Below, one piece after another: positions 38,953 through 52,022 of a DNA stretch of 64,000 bases. Below the pieces are notes generated by a model. It made no database searches, had not been told where the DNA came from, and saw only the letters and a program-made list of their open reading frames with translations. Numbering within the stretch: the stretch's first letter is position 1; each line of letters begins with the position of its first letter. The DNA lies in NCBI RefSeq assembly GCF_036321535.1, contig NC_087436.1, positions 50,842,001-50,906,000 of the forward strand, in the 5' to 3' direction. The stretch is from Camelus dromedarius. Its lineage: Eukaryota. The translations under genes were made by a program, and so were the position numbers.

Positions 38953-39822
38953 GTGAACGGTGGTACTTCCAGAGCAGTACTAAAATGAAAAACAGTAGTG
39001 TTCAAAAGAAATGGAAGGGACTGAGTATGAAAGAAAAATGTACTTCTATTCTCTCCTTTACTTTTAACTTGTCATACATATTGTGGGTGTGCAAGTTAAG
39101 GAATGATTTTCCCAAACTTTAACAGTAAGAAAATGGGGGTTCTATAATTAATTTGGCATTTTTTCCTCTCTAGAGGTCAGGTGTGTTATATTTTAATTTT
39201 TCTGCAGTCTTCACACTATCCTCAATCCAAAATACATCTTAACCATTATATTTAAATACTGTGATTGTCTTTGGTATTGGTGAATTATTTTAAATATGGG
39301 TGCTTATTCTCCATGCAGAATTCTAATTCTAAACTTATGATCTTTCATGAGTAGAAGTGGACTGGGTTTTCCCTTTTCTTTTTCCTTTTTTCGTTCCTCT
39401 AATTGACAGTTGTGAGCTGGAAAGAATGGAGCAAATCAACATGCAGTAACTGTTCAGATAAAGTAAGATCTCAGAATACTTTCTAGTTCTGGGGTTGAAA
39501 GAAAACTTGACTTGAAATTCCAATTCTAAATATTAAGAATGTAGAATAAATGTCAGCTTGATTATTGGAAATGGGAGGGGTTGTTTTCCTGAACACCCTT
39601 GTTATTCTGCTCTTTCTCTTCCCTTTTGGTGTTGATTTTTAAATATTATCTATGGAGTGCTATAATTTGGCATAATACAGGGAGGGAGATTTGTATTGCT
39701 TTAGAACCTACAATTTCTGTGCTTGACTATGAGAAATTGATGTGATGTTCTGAATTTCTATATTATTTTGTTGAAAAATATGCCACAGGTTACTTAGAAT
39801 GACATATTTTATTTCTTAAAAG

Positions 39823-39933
39823 AATATTATTATAGAGCCTTGGTGGCCTCATGGACATGGAAACCAGACTGGGTACAACATGACAGTTCTTTTTAAGCTG
39901 GATGGAGGCCTAAGTTTTGAAAAATCAGCTAAG
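39823..39933 (+). CDS. MANBA: MANBA exon 7 (111 nt; [37 protein letters not shown])
   Basis: Acceptor ttcttaaaag|AAT, donor AAG|gtaagc; WWPHGHG motif; sequons N297 and N302. Confidence 0.96.
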
Positions 39934-40565
39934 GTAAGCAATGCTTTAAAATATTTTGTGAAAAAAGGACATTTCTTGTTACAATAGCAGTACAGATCTT
40001 TTCAGGAAAAGAAGAAACCAACAAAACTCCTGTAACCCCCACCACTCAAAGATAATTGCTAGTAACAGATACATGCTCTCAGAAGCTTCCGTGTATGTGT
40101 GTATTTATATTTTTTAATGGATCAGACTTTGCATGTTATTTTATTGCTGTACGGAGCTCAAGTTAGAAAAGGAGTGAGAAAGATCCTTCAGATTTGGCAA
40201 TAAGGAGATGACTGGTGACTTCTACCAGAATGGAAATCAGACCGTAGTGGTCAAGGAGTGACTGAAGGTGGGGAAGTAGAGACAATGAGCTTGGCAGCTC
40301 TTTAAAAATGTTTGATGGGAGCCACAGTTGAGCCAGGCGGTGGTGATGGCTGGCTGGGGTCAGAAGATTGACTGCACACTGTGCAAATAAGTAAATATAT
40401 TTTAGAGGGCCAGGTTTTTCACAGATGGAGAAAGGTAGTATACGTATAGAAAGAGAAGCAAGAATGCATTGGAACTGGAACTGACAGTGCAGACTCAATG
40501 ACTTTAAGTAAATGCAGATAGACATAAAAGTAATTATGGGTGTAAATGCAGGTGTGGGTGTGTTT

Positions 40566-40596
<31 letters not shown>

Positions 40597-40601
40597 CACA
40601 C
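40566..40601. repeat. (CA)n microsatellite within old L1 fragments (~40330-41620)
   Basis: Read directly. Confidence 0.85.
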
Positions 40602-43289
40602 TCTCTTCCTAGCTCTCTCCAGGCCTTCTCAGAGGTCCTAGAATGGTGGCACTCTATTAGCAATGAACAGAGCTAGTATCCAGATCCTGGTTTTTGAATA
40701 CTACTCTACTAAAAAGAATCAGGGCTCTTTGGAGAAATGACTGATTTGAGGGCTGGAGCCTAGACTATCTTACTGCACTGGGATGTTAGAAGTTACTCAG
40801 GAATGATGGGACAGGTTGAAAGGACACAGGAGCCAGTTTAACATTCTCCCACTGGCTAAGTCTGACCAAATTTGAGCATTAAAATAAAGAGTGGTAGTAA
40901 TAGATTATAACCCACTGAACATAATAAAAATCTTTGAGTGCACACTGATACAAATACATACGTGAATGAGTATTATTCAATATCATTCAGTAAATGAGAG
41001 AAAGGAAATTTATCCCTTGAAGGCCAACTAGTTAGTAGCTTAGAAGCAATAACTGAACCAGAATAATAATCATCTGATAACTAACATAGTTATAAATAAT
41101 TCAGGCAAGAAATAGGAATGAGTGCTAAACCAGAGGGCCAATGTGGCATGAAACACAGGATCTTTACACAGCCTCAAAGCAGCTCTCAGCAAAATACTTA
41201 CTAATTGTAACGGAGAAAAATATAGTGGAGAAACTTAGCGCACCATAGTGATTAAGTGATGGTGCGCACCCGACAAGCTACAAGAAGAATATCACATCAC
41301 TTCCTTGATAGTCCTGTTGAAGCAGATAACCAGGATCCAATCATGATAAAGCATCAGGCAATCCCAAATTGAGCTCCGTTAGTGCAAATCTTCACATCTG
41401 CTTCAATCTACTGTAATCTTTAGCAATGTCAAGGAAAGACTGAGAACCTCTTCCACAGTGAGAGAGGCCAGAGAGATGTAACAGCTGGGTGCAGTGCCTG
41501 ATCTTTTTTGCTGTAAACAATGTCATTCAGGCAACCGACACAACTTGAATGGGGTCTCTGGGTGAAGGGTATTAAGGAATTCTTGGTACAATGAGTGAAA
41601 CTTTTCTGTAAGTTTGAAATTGTTTAGCATAAAAAAGGACACCATTAAGAGAATGAAAGGCAACAAAATCCTGTTGGAAGGGACCTGTAGGCAGGGAAAG
41701 ACTGAAAAAAGAGTTCCAAAGTAGAGATAGTTGAGAGGGCTAGGTGTCTGATAAGGTCCGGGAGGATGCTGTCGCCACACTAGTGGGCGGCTTCACCAGG
41801 GGATGACGGCTCTGTTTTTGTTGTCATAGGGATGAAAAATAAAATAACATATATAGAGGAAACTAAGGAGCTTGAGGATGGAGGTACTTTTGAAGATTTC
41901 TGGGACCACTTAAGGTCTTTTTTCTTTCTGTGGGAATTGCGAACTCTCTTTCTGTGCAATTTCAAGAGGAAAAATGAACCTGAGAAAGAAAGGTTAGGGA
42001 ATTCTGGTCAGACAACTCTTTTCTCTCCTGGGAGCTAGGATGTAATGTTGTCATGAGGATAATGGGGGACAAGTCAGGAGTTGGAGGGAAGTGAGGACTT
42101 GTGATAAGACAGCCACGGCAGAGAAGGGGCTGGAGGGGCTAGGATGACGTGACAGGATTGTGGGGCAGCACTGAGGGACCAGTGGAGGTTAATACTGTGA
42201 ACCTCTGTATCTGAGAGTCCGAATACCTTCACTTTGAAGGAACTGTTAATTACTAATTGTGACACTTCAGGCTGGTTTGGCGGTGTTTTGCAAGCTGTTA
42301 CAGGTGTGTGGTAGGTTTGATATTGTTTTCTGAGCCTTCTGCCTACCCTGCTTGTACACATGCTAAATAAATCCCTCATATTTGAGCAATACTTTAAAGT
42401 TTGAGGTGAATCTTGGGTCTGAAACTAGGTTGTCTTTCTCTGCTGTGGTTTTTGAAATGATCTTCTTGCTTCTAAAATGTTACGGGAACAAGAATTCTGT
42501 ATCATATAGGAGTCTTAAGGTACTACTTTATTTAGCATCTCAAAACCTTACTATAACATTTTGATCAGTTTTGTGTTTTGCTCATTAGAAGGTTCAGAAG
42601 AGAGCTGTGAAGGTGATTAAAGGAAGAAAGGATAAAGGAATAAGATAATTTACCTCGAAGGAGAGCTGATCCTTTAATTTGTTACTTACGGTATTCTTTT
42701 CATTCAGGTGTAGTAAGGTAGATGCAGGAGGACTTGAGCTTAAAGTGGAGCACATGAGAATGAGCTTACTCACGGGAGAGGCTGTGTGATAGTCAAGGTT
42801 GTGTAACAGTGGGTAACTGAGGAACAACTCAGAAGTCCCTTGCAGTGGGAACTTCAGTGTTTATGTCCATTTGTTCATTTGACTGCGATGGTAGAGGCTG
42901 GATCGAATGATCTCTTGTGCCTCCCTACAATTTCATGATTGCGCCGAAGAGGAAACCAGAATGATGTAAACATTTGAGCTCTTTTGCAAGTTTCAGGAAT
43001 CAATGCTTTTGAAATGTAGATTTAAAAGTATAGATTCTTGCCAAATTTGGTAAGACAGATGACACCTAATTCACCTTTGTTTCCATCCAGGGTGGTTCTT
43101 CCAGGGAATTCAGTTTCTTGCCAGTCCTGAGTTTCGTAATGTTTTCAGACTTGTCAGTGTTTCAGCAAGCAAGAAATCTGACTGCTACTTTCCATCATTA
43201 TTTGTTTCCTGGCAGGAGTCTCTTAGTCTGATGCCTTTTTAGCCCTTATTTGGTGGAAATGTGTCAAACTGGGATTTCTTTTTGTTTTA

Positions 43290-43900
43290 TATTTATTGTG
43301 GAGTATAACACACAAGAGAAAGAATAAAGAACGTAAGTGAAACGCTTAATTAATGATCAGAAATTGAACACTTGTGTAACTGTCATCCCAATCAAGAAAC
43401 AAGAGCATTGCTAGCACCTCAGAAGTTCCCCACTCTTTGTGGGCCTCCCCAGTCACTACCCCTCTGTCCTTTCCCAAAATCTGTTATCTTGACTTCTAAC
43501 ACAAAAGTTTGTTTTTGCCTGTTTTTAAACTTTATATACATGGAACCACATAGTTTGTATTCTTTTGTGTCTGGCTAATTGGGTTCAGTATTATATTTGT
43601 GACATTTAGATATGTAGTGTGTAGCTGTAGTTTGTTTACTTACACTGCTGTGTAATATTTCATTGTATTAGACATTCTGCTGTTGAAATCTGGGTCATTT
43701 CCGATTTGGGCTCTTCTGGGTAATACTGCTGTGAACATTAGCGTATGACCCAAGGTGCATATGCCCCCAAAGGCATTCCTGCTGGAAGTGGAATTGCCGG
43801 GTCCTAGGCTATGGACGGGTTCAGCCTTTGTAGAGAATGCTACGCTGTTTTCCAAAGTGTGTTTCACCTTTACTCCATGTGTTCACATGCTTGCTAACAC
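43290..43900 (-). mobile_element. L1ME-type 3' end
   Basis: ttattgtggagtataaca...tttttaaactttatatacatggaaccacatag. Confidence 0.65.
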
Positions 43901-45059
43901 TCAGTATTGTGTCAGAGGGGACTTTTTTTCCTCATTACCTGCCCCTCCTTATCTCATCCTTATTGTGCATGTACCCTGATGGTTTCATTGTTATCCTGGG
44001 CTCGCTTCATGCAAAACTATTCCTGTTTGTAAAATATCTCATTGAAATGTATATTGCTAGGTTTTATAGCTTTCTTGCCTCTCTTCCACTGACATTGGAC
44101 ATTTGCATTTTAAGTTTTTGTTTACTGGATATGTCACAAGACAGCAGCAGAGTTGACTCAGACGGAAGGCCTTGAGGAAGTTACAAATTTTGGTTGCAGA
44201 GCATGCAGCAGAGATGTACTGGGTCATAAAAAAAATTCAAGTGCTGTAGGGAAGGGAAAGTGCAGACTACATTTCTTTTGAACAGGGAAGAATATCCTGA
44301 CGGAATTTTTAAAAAATTGTTGTTGAAAGGAGTAACTTTGTAGTAAGAGTTTAAGTGTGAAGGGAGGTAATATGAGGCAAAATTAACATGTACTTTAAAA
44401 ATAAATTTAAAAATAAAAATACGTGTTGGGGTATTATATAGTCTGTCAAGCAAGTTATTTCAAGAAGGACCTTAGAATGTATGTCTGGGAGAGTAAGGTT
44501 TATCAGTTTAGAAAACCCAACTTGATTTTTTAACAAAAAAGGAAGTTTAGTGTGTAAATGGTAGTGAGAGAAACTGCTATAGGTAAATGGAAAAAAAAAA
44601 TCTTCCCAATGACTGTTTTTGCCCTTTTCTGCCCAGTTTAATGGAATATTTTTATCCTACGAATTGATGGTATTGAATTGTCGAGGTAATGTGTGTTAAA
44701 GGCATAATAAATATTTTGGAATGATAATTATGGTTTTCCCTTCTGGAAAAATAGGAAATCACTTAGTTGATATTTCTCTTTAGCATAATTTATTTTGTAA
44801 GACTCTCGTAAGTGTTTCCTACATAAGGTAAATCTTTTTGTTAAAAGCAACAGAAGGTCGTTTCTGTTTATATTTGACCTGGCATCTAGATTCTCTGATT
44901 AAATTATTGTAGGGAAAGAGAAAATGTAACGAAATGTATTCCACAGTTAGAAATTGTGTTGCACAGTTCCAAAGCCAGAGGAGGTGAAAGATTGCCCGTA
45001 GCTGTTACAATTAGAAAAATAATGGAGATTTTTTTTCTTGAATTTCACTTTGTTCTTTC

Positions 45060-45300
45060 ATTTTTTTATTGAAGTACAGTCAGTTTACAATGTTGTGTCA
45101 ATTTCTGCTGTACAGCATAATACTTCATACATAGACATACATATATTTATTTTCATATTCTTTTTCTTTATAGATTACCACAAGATATTGAATATAGTTC
45201 CCTATGCTATACAGTATAAACTTGTTTATCTATTTTGTGACTAGTAGTCAGTATCTGCAAATCTCAAACTCCCAGTTTATCCCTTCCCACCCCTTTCCCC
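45060..45300 (-). mobile_element. Short L1 3' end
   Basis: ttttattgaagtacagtcagtttacaatgttgtg...tctcaaactcccagtttatccc. Confidence 0.8.
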
Positions 45301-45544
45301 TCTGTTCTTTGCTTCTTGAGTTCCCAGTTTCATCTTTGCAATATCTACAGGGCAGAAAGAGGTCACAATGCCAGTGGGATTTTTTTTTTTCTTTCTCTAA
45401 GTGCTACTCTTGGCTCTCTAAAGAACTTTAAAGCACATAGCCAGAAAATATAGAATTCAGGATAATCCAGGTGTATTTCTGACCACCTCTGCCCTTTTGA
45501 TCACTACTTAGGGTTCACAGAGACTGTGAACAGTGTCTCCTTCT

Positions 45545-45850
45545 GTATTTCCTAGGTTTCTTAGGGCAGCCATAACACATTGAGTAGCTTAAAACAAAAA
45601 TTTATTTTCTGACAGTTCTGAAGGCTGGAAGTCCCAAATCAAGCTTTTGGCAGGGCCGTGTTCCTCCTAAAGTCTTCAGGGAAGGATTCTTCCTTGCCTC
45701 CTCCAGTTTCTGGTGGTTGCTGCTAGTCCTCAGCATTTTTCCCCTCTCTGCCTCTGTCATCACATGGACTCCTGCTTTTCTTATAAGGACACCAGCCATT
45801 GGATGAGGGCCCACCCTAATCCAGTATGACCTCATCTTTACTTAGCTAAC
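45545..45850 (-). mobile_element. MLT1B/C-type MaLR LTR
   Basis: cagttctgaaggctggaagtcccaaatcaag...gggcccaccctaatccagtatgacctcatct. Confidence 0.75.
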
Positions 45851-46099
45851 GTGCTTGTCTAGGTCTTCTGCACATTTTTGGATTGGGTTGGGTTTTTTTG
45901 TTTGGTTGTTGTTGTTGTTGTTATCAAGTTGTATGAACTGTTTGTATATCCTGGAAATTAAGCCCTTGTCAGTTGCATCATTTGCAAATATTTTCTCCCA
46001 TTCCATAGGTTGTCTTTTTGTTTTATTTATGGTTTCCTTTGCTTTGCAAAAGCTTATGTTTCATTAGGTCCCATTTGTTTATTTTTGATTTTGTAAAAA

Positions 46100-47975
46100 A
46101 AATCAAATCTTTATTAAAAAAAAAACTAAACAGAATAGTGTGAACTGTGATGTGTATTATGTAATATTTTGGCTGGAAAGTGTGTATTTGAGTTCATGTA
46201 TGACATTTTACTAATTTTAATAGCTTTAGAATTGAAATTTATTTTTTACTTGAGAATTGTTTTAAAACTAAAGGAAGAATCAAAGTAAAACATGACATCA
46301 GTGATGTGCTCTGGTAGTGGCAGTTACTAAAAAAATCCCAAAGTAGCCTGGAATTCTTTTTGATGGCATTCCACATGCTTTAATACAGAGATCGAATGTG
46401 TGAGTTAATCAGATATGTCCATAGAGAAAGTAGTAGAGGTGAAATAAAGAAGTCATTCTTATGTTTCTGGAAAGACTGCTGCACACACAGAAGATGTCTT
46501 GAAATCACCAGGTCATTGTTTCATAAGCCTCCGCTGTGGCCTGCATGGAGGAGCGCTCGCGGAACTCATACAAAAATCAAAGAGATTAATCCCCAGTTTT
46601 TTTCTGCCCTCCTGGAAATCATTCTTTGGACTTCACAGAGTTTGCTCTTCTGGAAAACATTTCTTCATGTATGATGTTTTCTGAAAATTTGGAAAAACTT
46701 TATTCATTCTTTTTAATCTCGCCTCATCACTGGAAAAAGCTGCAGAAAGTCTTTCCTAGACAAGAAGGGATACTCATTACGAAGGCAGGGCCCAGTAAAG
46801 CTACATTTTTGAAAAGTTGATCTCAACTTTGAAGTCCTGTGTGAGCCAAAGAAAATGTGAACATATGTGAATCAGCTCAGATTTTGTCCTCTGCTAGTTC
46901 AGCTTTTCTCTTCTGAATTTTTTTTTTCTGGTGTGGAATTTTAGATGAGGTTAATCAGATACAAATATATATGTTTTGAACAATGTACCGTGAAATGCAA
47001 AGCTTTAAAACTTTTCTTTGAAGATAAGTGCACAGAAGTTTTGGTAAAGGCTATTTATTTTGCAAAAACAAAATGTAGTGAAATGGACAGTGACATAGGG
47101 AAAAATAAAAGAATAAAAATTTGAAGAAGAGTGCCAGGAGAAACAACAGAAGATGCTGGTCTTCCGTGGCCTTGAAGAAATCAAAATAGCAATGTGGAAA
47201 ACCCAGTCACTCTCACCAAGAACTGCACACCTGTTCTAAAGCAATGGATCAGATAACATCCGTGTTCACTGTCATTAAGCCATTTTCTCTGATTTTGCAG
47301 AAGAAATACTTCAGAAGGGGAAATTTTTTGAACTCAGGGGCATTTGTAAGCAGTCTGAATGGATCTCAAGGAAACAAACACATGGATACCACTGCATTTC
47401 TTGGAATTTAATGTGAAGTGGGATTTTTATGAATCTCTCCCGAACTTATCTTTACATCTAATACTTTCCCAAGATACTTGTACATTTTTGACTTCATTTG
47501 AAAGGAAGTTTCTAAATTAAAATTAATAAAAGGTGTTTTTGCATCAACTCTGCATGGATACATTGACAAACCTGGCTATTTTCTTTATAGAATATATCCA
47601 TGTGAAGAAGGTCAATTTTGACAAAGTTCTTGACATGTTTTAGAAGGCTCAAAATAGCAAATATTATTATTCATTACTATAACAAGCCAATATGTAGATA
47701 TGTTAATTCATTTTAAAAAAAACTAATATAATCAAATACATGAATTCATTACTTTTTCTTTTTATACTCTAATATTTATTTTACTTAAAAATGGCATGAT
47801 TCTTCATATAGAGTTAAACAAAAGAGAACTTTCAGTGCCTGCATTTTCTTTTTCTGGCCATTATTATTGTTCAGTTTATTTCATTTTTATTACTGAAAAT
47901 AATTTTATCTTTTAGAAGAGGGCTGTGTTAAAAAGTGATCCCATCTATGTCAGATACATGAAATACACATCAGGT
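46100..47975 (+). mobile_element. hAT-Tip100 (Zaphod-like) transposon 3' part
   Basis: 47401-47595 translates with frameshifts to LEFNVKWDFYESLPNL...FER/SKLKLIK...LTNLAIFFIE (hAT dimerisation motif); end resembles the recalled Zaphod terminus; 5' boundary uncertain. Confidence 0.6.
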
Positions 47976-49204
47976 AACCGTGCTGATGTAAACTTTCACC
48001 TGCTAGCCTCTGGTTGTGCCGCTATCTGCAGACTGCCAGGCCACACCAGGGAGAGCCTGTCCGTATCTTCGTGGGCAGGTCTGTTTGAGGAGAGCTCTTT
48101 GTGGAGGTCCAACACTGTTTTCTCAGTATTTCTGCACGTTCGAGCACTTTGAGAGCAGACAGAAATGTGGGGTTTGCTTGTCTCTACAAATGCATGACAG
48201 TAGATGTGAAATGATTTTAGAAGGTCTATTTTGGAAATGCATGAAATTTATTTGAAAACTACTTCAGGTAACATTTGTTAGTGTGTAGAAATAAGTTTTT
48301 GTTTTTTTTTTTTTTGAAAGAAGAAAATTCTTCTTTTGAAAATCTAGTGATACTTGAATGGCTTTTTAAGTATTTGATTACAAACAGTGGAGAAGTAATA
48401 CTCAGTTCATGAGCCAGTGATTCATTGCATCATCATCTGTCTGGTCTGCCAGAGAAAGAAATTTGAGAACTATGGTATTTACTTATCAGTCACAAACCTC
48501 TTAAGCCTTTTAGTTAAGGTATTTCTAACTCTTGTCTAAAAAAATGCATTCAGCTCTCCTGTACTTTAATCCTTCTCTTTTAAAGATGAAATCATGAAGC
48601 TAATTAAAAAACTTATTTAAGTGAGCTGCTGATAGAACCTTCAACATTAGATAGAAAAGTTTGGAAATTAAAATTTTTTAAATTCCAACTGCTTTCTTAG
48701 GTTCTTAGGTATTTACACCTTCTCTACTTTTAGACAGTAATTTACTCTGTTGGACCATTTAAAATACGTTTGATCTTGCAAGGAGACAATATATTCACTC
48801 TGGATGTAAATAAATGTTACTCAGGACTCTTTGCAAATAGCCTTTCTCTGAGGTGAAACGCCTGCTGTAGAAGAAGGCTTTTGTGTTACCTGTCACGATT
48901 GCCAGACGACGCGGTTTTATTGACAGTAATCATAGGCTGACCAGCCTTTAACCTGTCAAAGAATGTGCAGAGGGAAAGGTGCCTGGTAATTACTGTTTGA
49001 CCTCTGAGAAACTGTCAGGTGGTTTAGGGTTTATTTTGACGGGGCCATAAAATGTTACTGCAGGAATTGGGAGATAGGGGTAGCTGTTTTTTCATAAGAA
49101 AATTTGCACTGAAAAGAAAAGGCATGTTAGAAGATGTGTTTTATCATTAATACTATTATAGCATTAATAGATATAAAGAAATAAGTGAGTTCTATTTTCT
49201 AGAT

Positions 49205-52022
49205 TAGTGATTCTCAAAAAATTTTTGGACTCAATTGTTTCACATTTGTTAAAATGGTTGAGGACCCCAAAGCACTTTTGTTTGTGGGTAAATATTAAAA
49301 CTGAAGATTAAATATTTATTCATTTCAAATCACAATAATAAACCTGTTAATATATGAATTATTTTATGACAAGTAAATATATTTACAAGATAAATTTAGT
49401 GAGAACAATAACATTGTTTTACATGTTTGCAAATCTCTAATGTCTTGCTTTATTAGTAGACAGCTGGCTTCTCATTTGCTTCTGCATTCAGTCAGTTTGC
49501 AATATGTTGTTTTTATTGAAATATATGTAGAAATTCTGACCTCACACAGATATGTAGTTGGAAAATAGAGTACTGTAATAGCCTTTTCAGATGATTGTGG
49601 ACATTTTTTTTGGTACTGCACGAGAACTTAATGAGTGGTAGTTTCTTAAAAGTTAGTTGCAATGTGGAATCTGAAACCATTTTGATGAACTGTTTATACT
49701 CTGTTGCACTAAAATCTATCGGTATATCTTGCACTCTTAGTGGATCTTTTATCCACATCATAATATAATGTATTAGTTATTTGAAAAAGGTTGGTGTCTG
49801 GAGATTTTTAAACGTTTCCAAGTGTTAAATAATTTCATTATATAAAATCACATTCATATTTGTTAATACCACCATTGATAACTTCTGAAAAGTGAAGTAT
49901 TGGGGGAGAAGGTATAGTTCATTGTCAGAATGCATGCTTAGCGTGCACAAGATCCTGGGTTCAATTCCCAGTACCTCTATTAAAAATAAATAAACCTGAT
50001 TTCCTCCCCTCACCAAACAAACAAACAAACAAAAAAGTATTGGGAAACTCACAAGCTCATGGTAGTGGGTACAAGTTTTCCCCAGTCCTAATTTTTACCT
50101 GTAAGCTTGAGTTTTATCATTGGCCACAGTGCTGCTACTTGTTGTCCTTGAAGTGACAAGGCTCACTTTAGTCATTTTCAAAAAAATGCCTTCCAAGCCA
50201 CCAAGTCTGAATAACCACAGTTTGTCTGGCAGTTCTTTCTAGTCAAAATGAAGTTTCGTGAACCAGACGGCTAACTCAGCTTAAAACTCAAACTGGCCGG
50301 ATGCTTTTCCTCCAGACATCCGTGGTGCGTGGTACGTGGTGCATGGTGCTTTATTCATAGTTCCCATTTCATCATTTCATCACACAGACGATTACAATGA
50401 AGTGTACACAAGGTTGAGAATTGAATAGAATTAATAATTGTTACTGCTTTATCAAGAATATCCTTCAGTGAAAGTGGCTTTTCTTCCCCCTCACTAATGC
50501 ATGAAGGTGAAGGGTACAATGGCTACTAGCACAGTTTGGAGCCACTGCCTTGATTTCTGCTAAGACACCAGCAGTGTTACCCACCACTGCTTTTGTGACA
50601 ACAGGGCAAATGTTAACACAGTTGTTGCAGGAGAACCTTGAGATTCAAAAAAGTTATTCAATAGTTTGAATACTTCAGCATCCCTTGTACTTTATTGCCA
50701 GAGATTCACATGAAAGTGATCCTCTTTGATGATTTGCTGTGCTAATTAACAGACAAATACAAGCAGAACAGCAACCCCATCATGCTGGAGACCCATCCAT
50801 TTGTAAGGCAGAAGTATGATTCTTAGAATGAGATGTCAACTCAGTCTCATTGATTTAGTTGCATCTAATCTTTAATTGGATAAATTACTGTGTTATTGCA
50901 GAGTGACAGTGCTGTAATTTCTTTGTCTGACTTTTCATCCAGTAGGCATTCAGCAATGTCAGCTGTAAAACTCTCCCGGCTAATATCTGTGCTTCTCCAG
51001 CCAATGCAGATTGATAACCAACCCTGTAAGATGCTCCAGTGGCTTTTTTCATTTCTAGTTTGAAAAACATTATAATACAATACAAATATATTACAACATA
51101 ATACACAGTGTTGGCCTTTTAAAGAGCTTATTGCGTCTAAGTTAAAATATTCAATTCCTTTTTCTTTGTACTTAGAATGATTGGTCTCAAAATGACACAA
51201 CAACTTTACTGGCACCATGAGTGTTACTTTTAAAATGTTCCATTGCATAAGACACAACAAGAAAAATTATTAACATCTATAAATTTGAGGGGAAAATGGC
51301 TTTCATCGTAATCTCATTTCTTATTTATAATTTCACCCAGTTTCTTTGGAGTAGATGCCTCCCTTCTGTGAGTCAGAAGACTCTCTGATATGTCAATTTC
51401 CTTTTTTAAAAAACATTTTTAGATATAGACAGTGTGGTTGTAGGTTGAGAATATTAATTCTAATCCTATTTTAAGACAAAAATTAGGAAAAAGTATAAAT
51501 AAATTTTCTTTTAGAATGAGATAAAATATTGTTAAACTCTAAAGTGAGTCTCAAAATTAAAATTTGTTCTTGTTTGAAAATGTAAACATATTACATGAAA
51601 CAAATAAACAAAAGGTACCTAGTTCTTTTGTGTTTCTGTGTAGGTTACAAGGAAAATTTGGGGATTCAAAAGAAGAATTTATTGAGCAGTAATGAGGTTA
51701 CAGAGATTAGAGCAGGAATAACCAGAGGCAAGCCAGTCAGAACACAGTAGTACTGAGATCAAATTGAGTTAATCTCTGAAAACACACCTCTTCACCCACT
51801 AAACTTCTGCTGTAGAGGTAGGACACCCCAGAATACACAAGCACACACTCCATTGGAATGTTATCACACATCATGTAGCATCCGGAAAATTCCACCGTAC
51901 ACTCAAAAGAGAGTGAGACTGGAAAAGGTAATAATGGTTTAGCTTTACAGTAAAAACAGCTTTGAACTCAGGGACCCCTTTGGATCCTCTGTGGTCCCCT
52001 GGCCACACTTAAAGAACTGCTA
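49205..52022 (-). mobile_element. Near full-length Charlie1 hAT DNA transposon (decayed transposase)
   Basis: TIRs TAGTGATTCTC / GAACTGCTA; 8-bp TSD TTCTAGAT (49197-49204) / TTCTAGAC (52023-52030); ORFs 49513..49761 and 50865..51260 translate to Charlie/ZBED5-like transposase segments. Confidence 0.9.
49902..50034 (+). mobile_element. Vic-1-like SINE nested in Charlie1
   Basis: tRNA-Ala head; TSD aagtattggg at 49895-49904 and 50035-50044. Confidence 0.88.

Noticed and set aside
50865..51260. ZBED5/FAM200-like ORF as a domesticated transposase gene
   Set aside because: Lies within a TIR/TSD-bounded Charlie1 with frameshifts, stops and a SINE insertion
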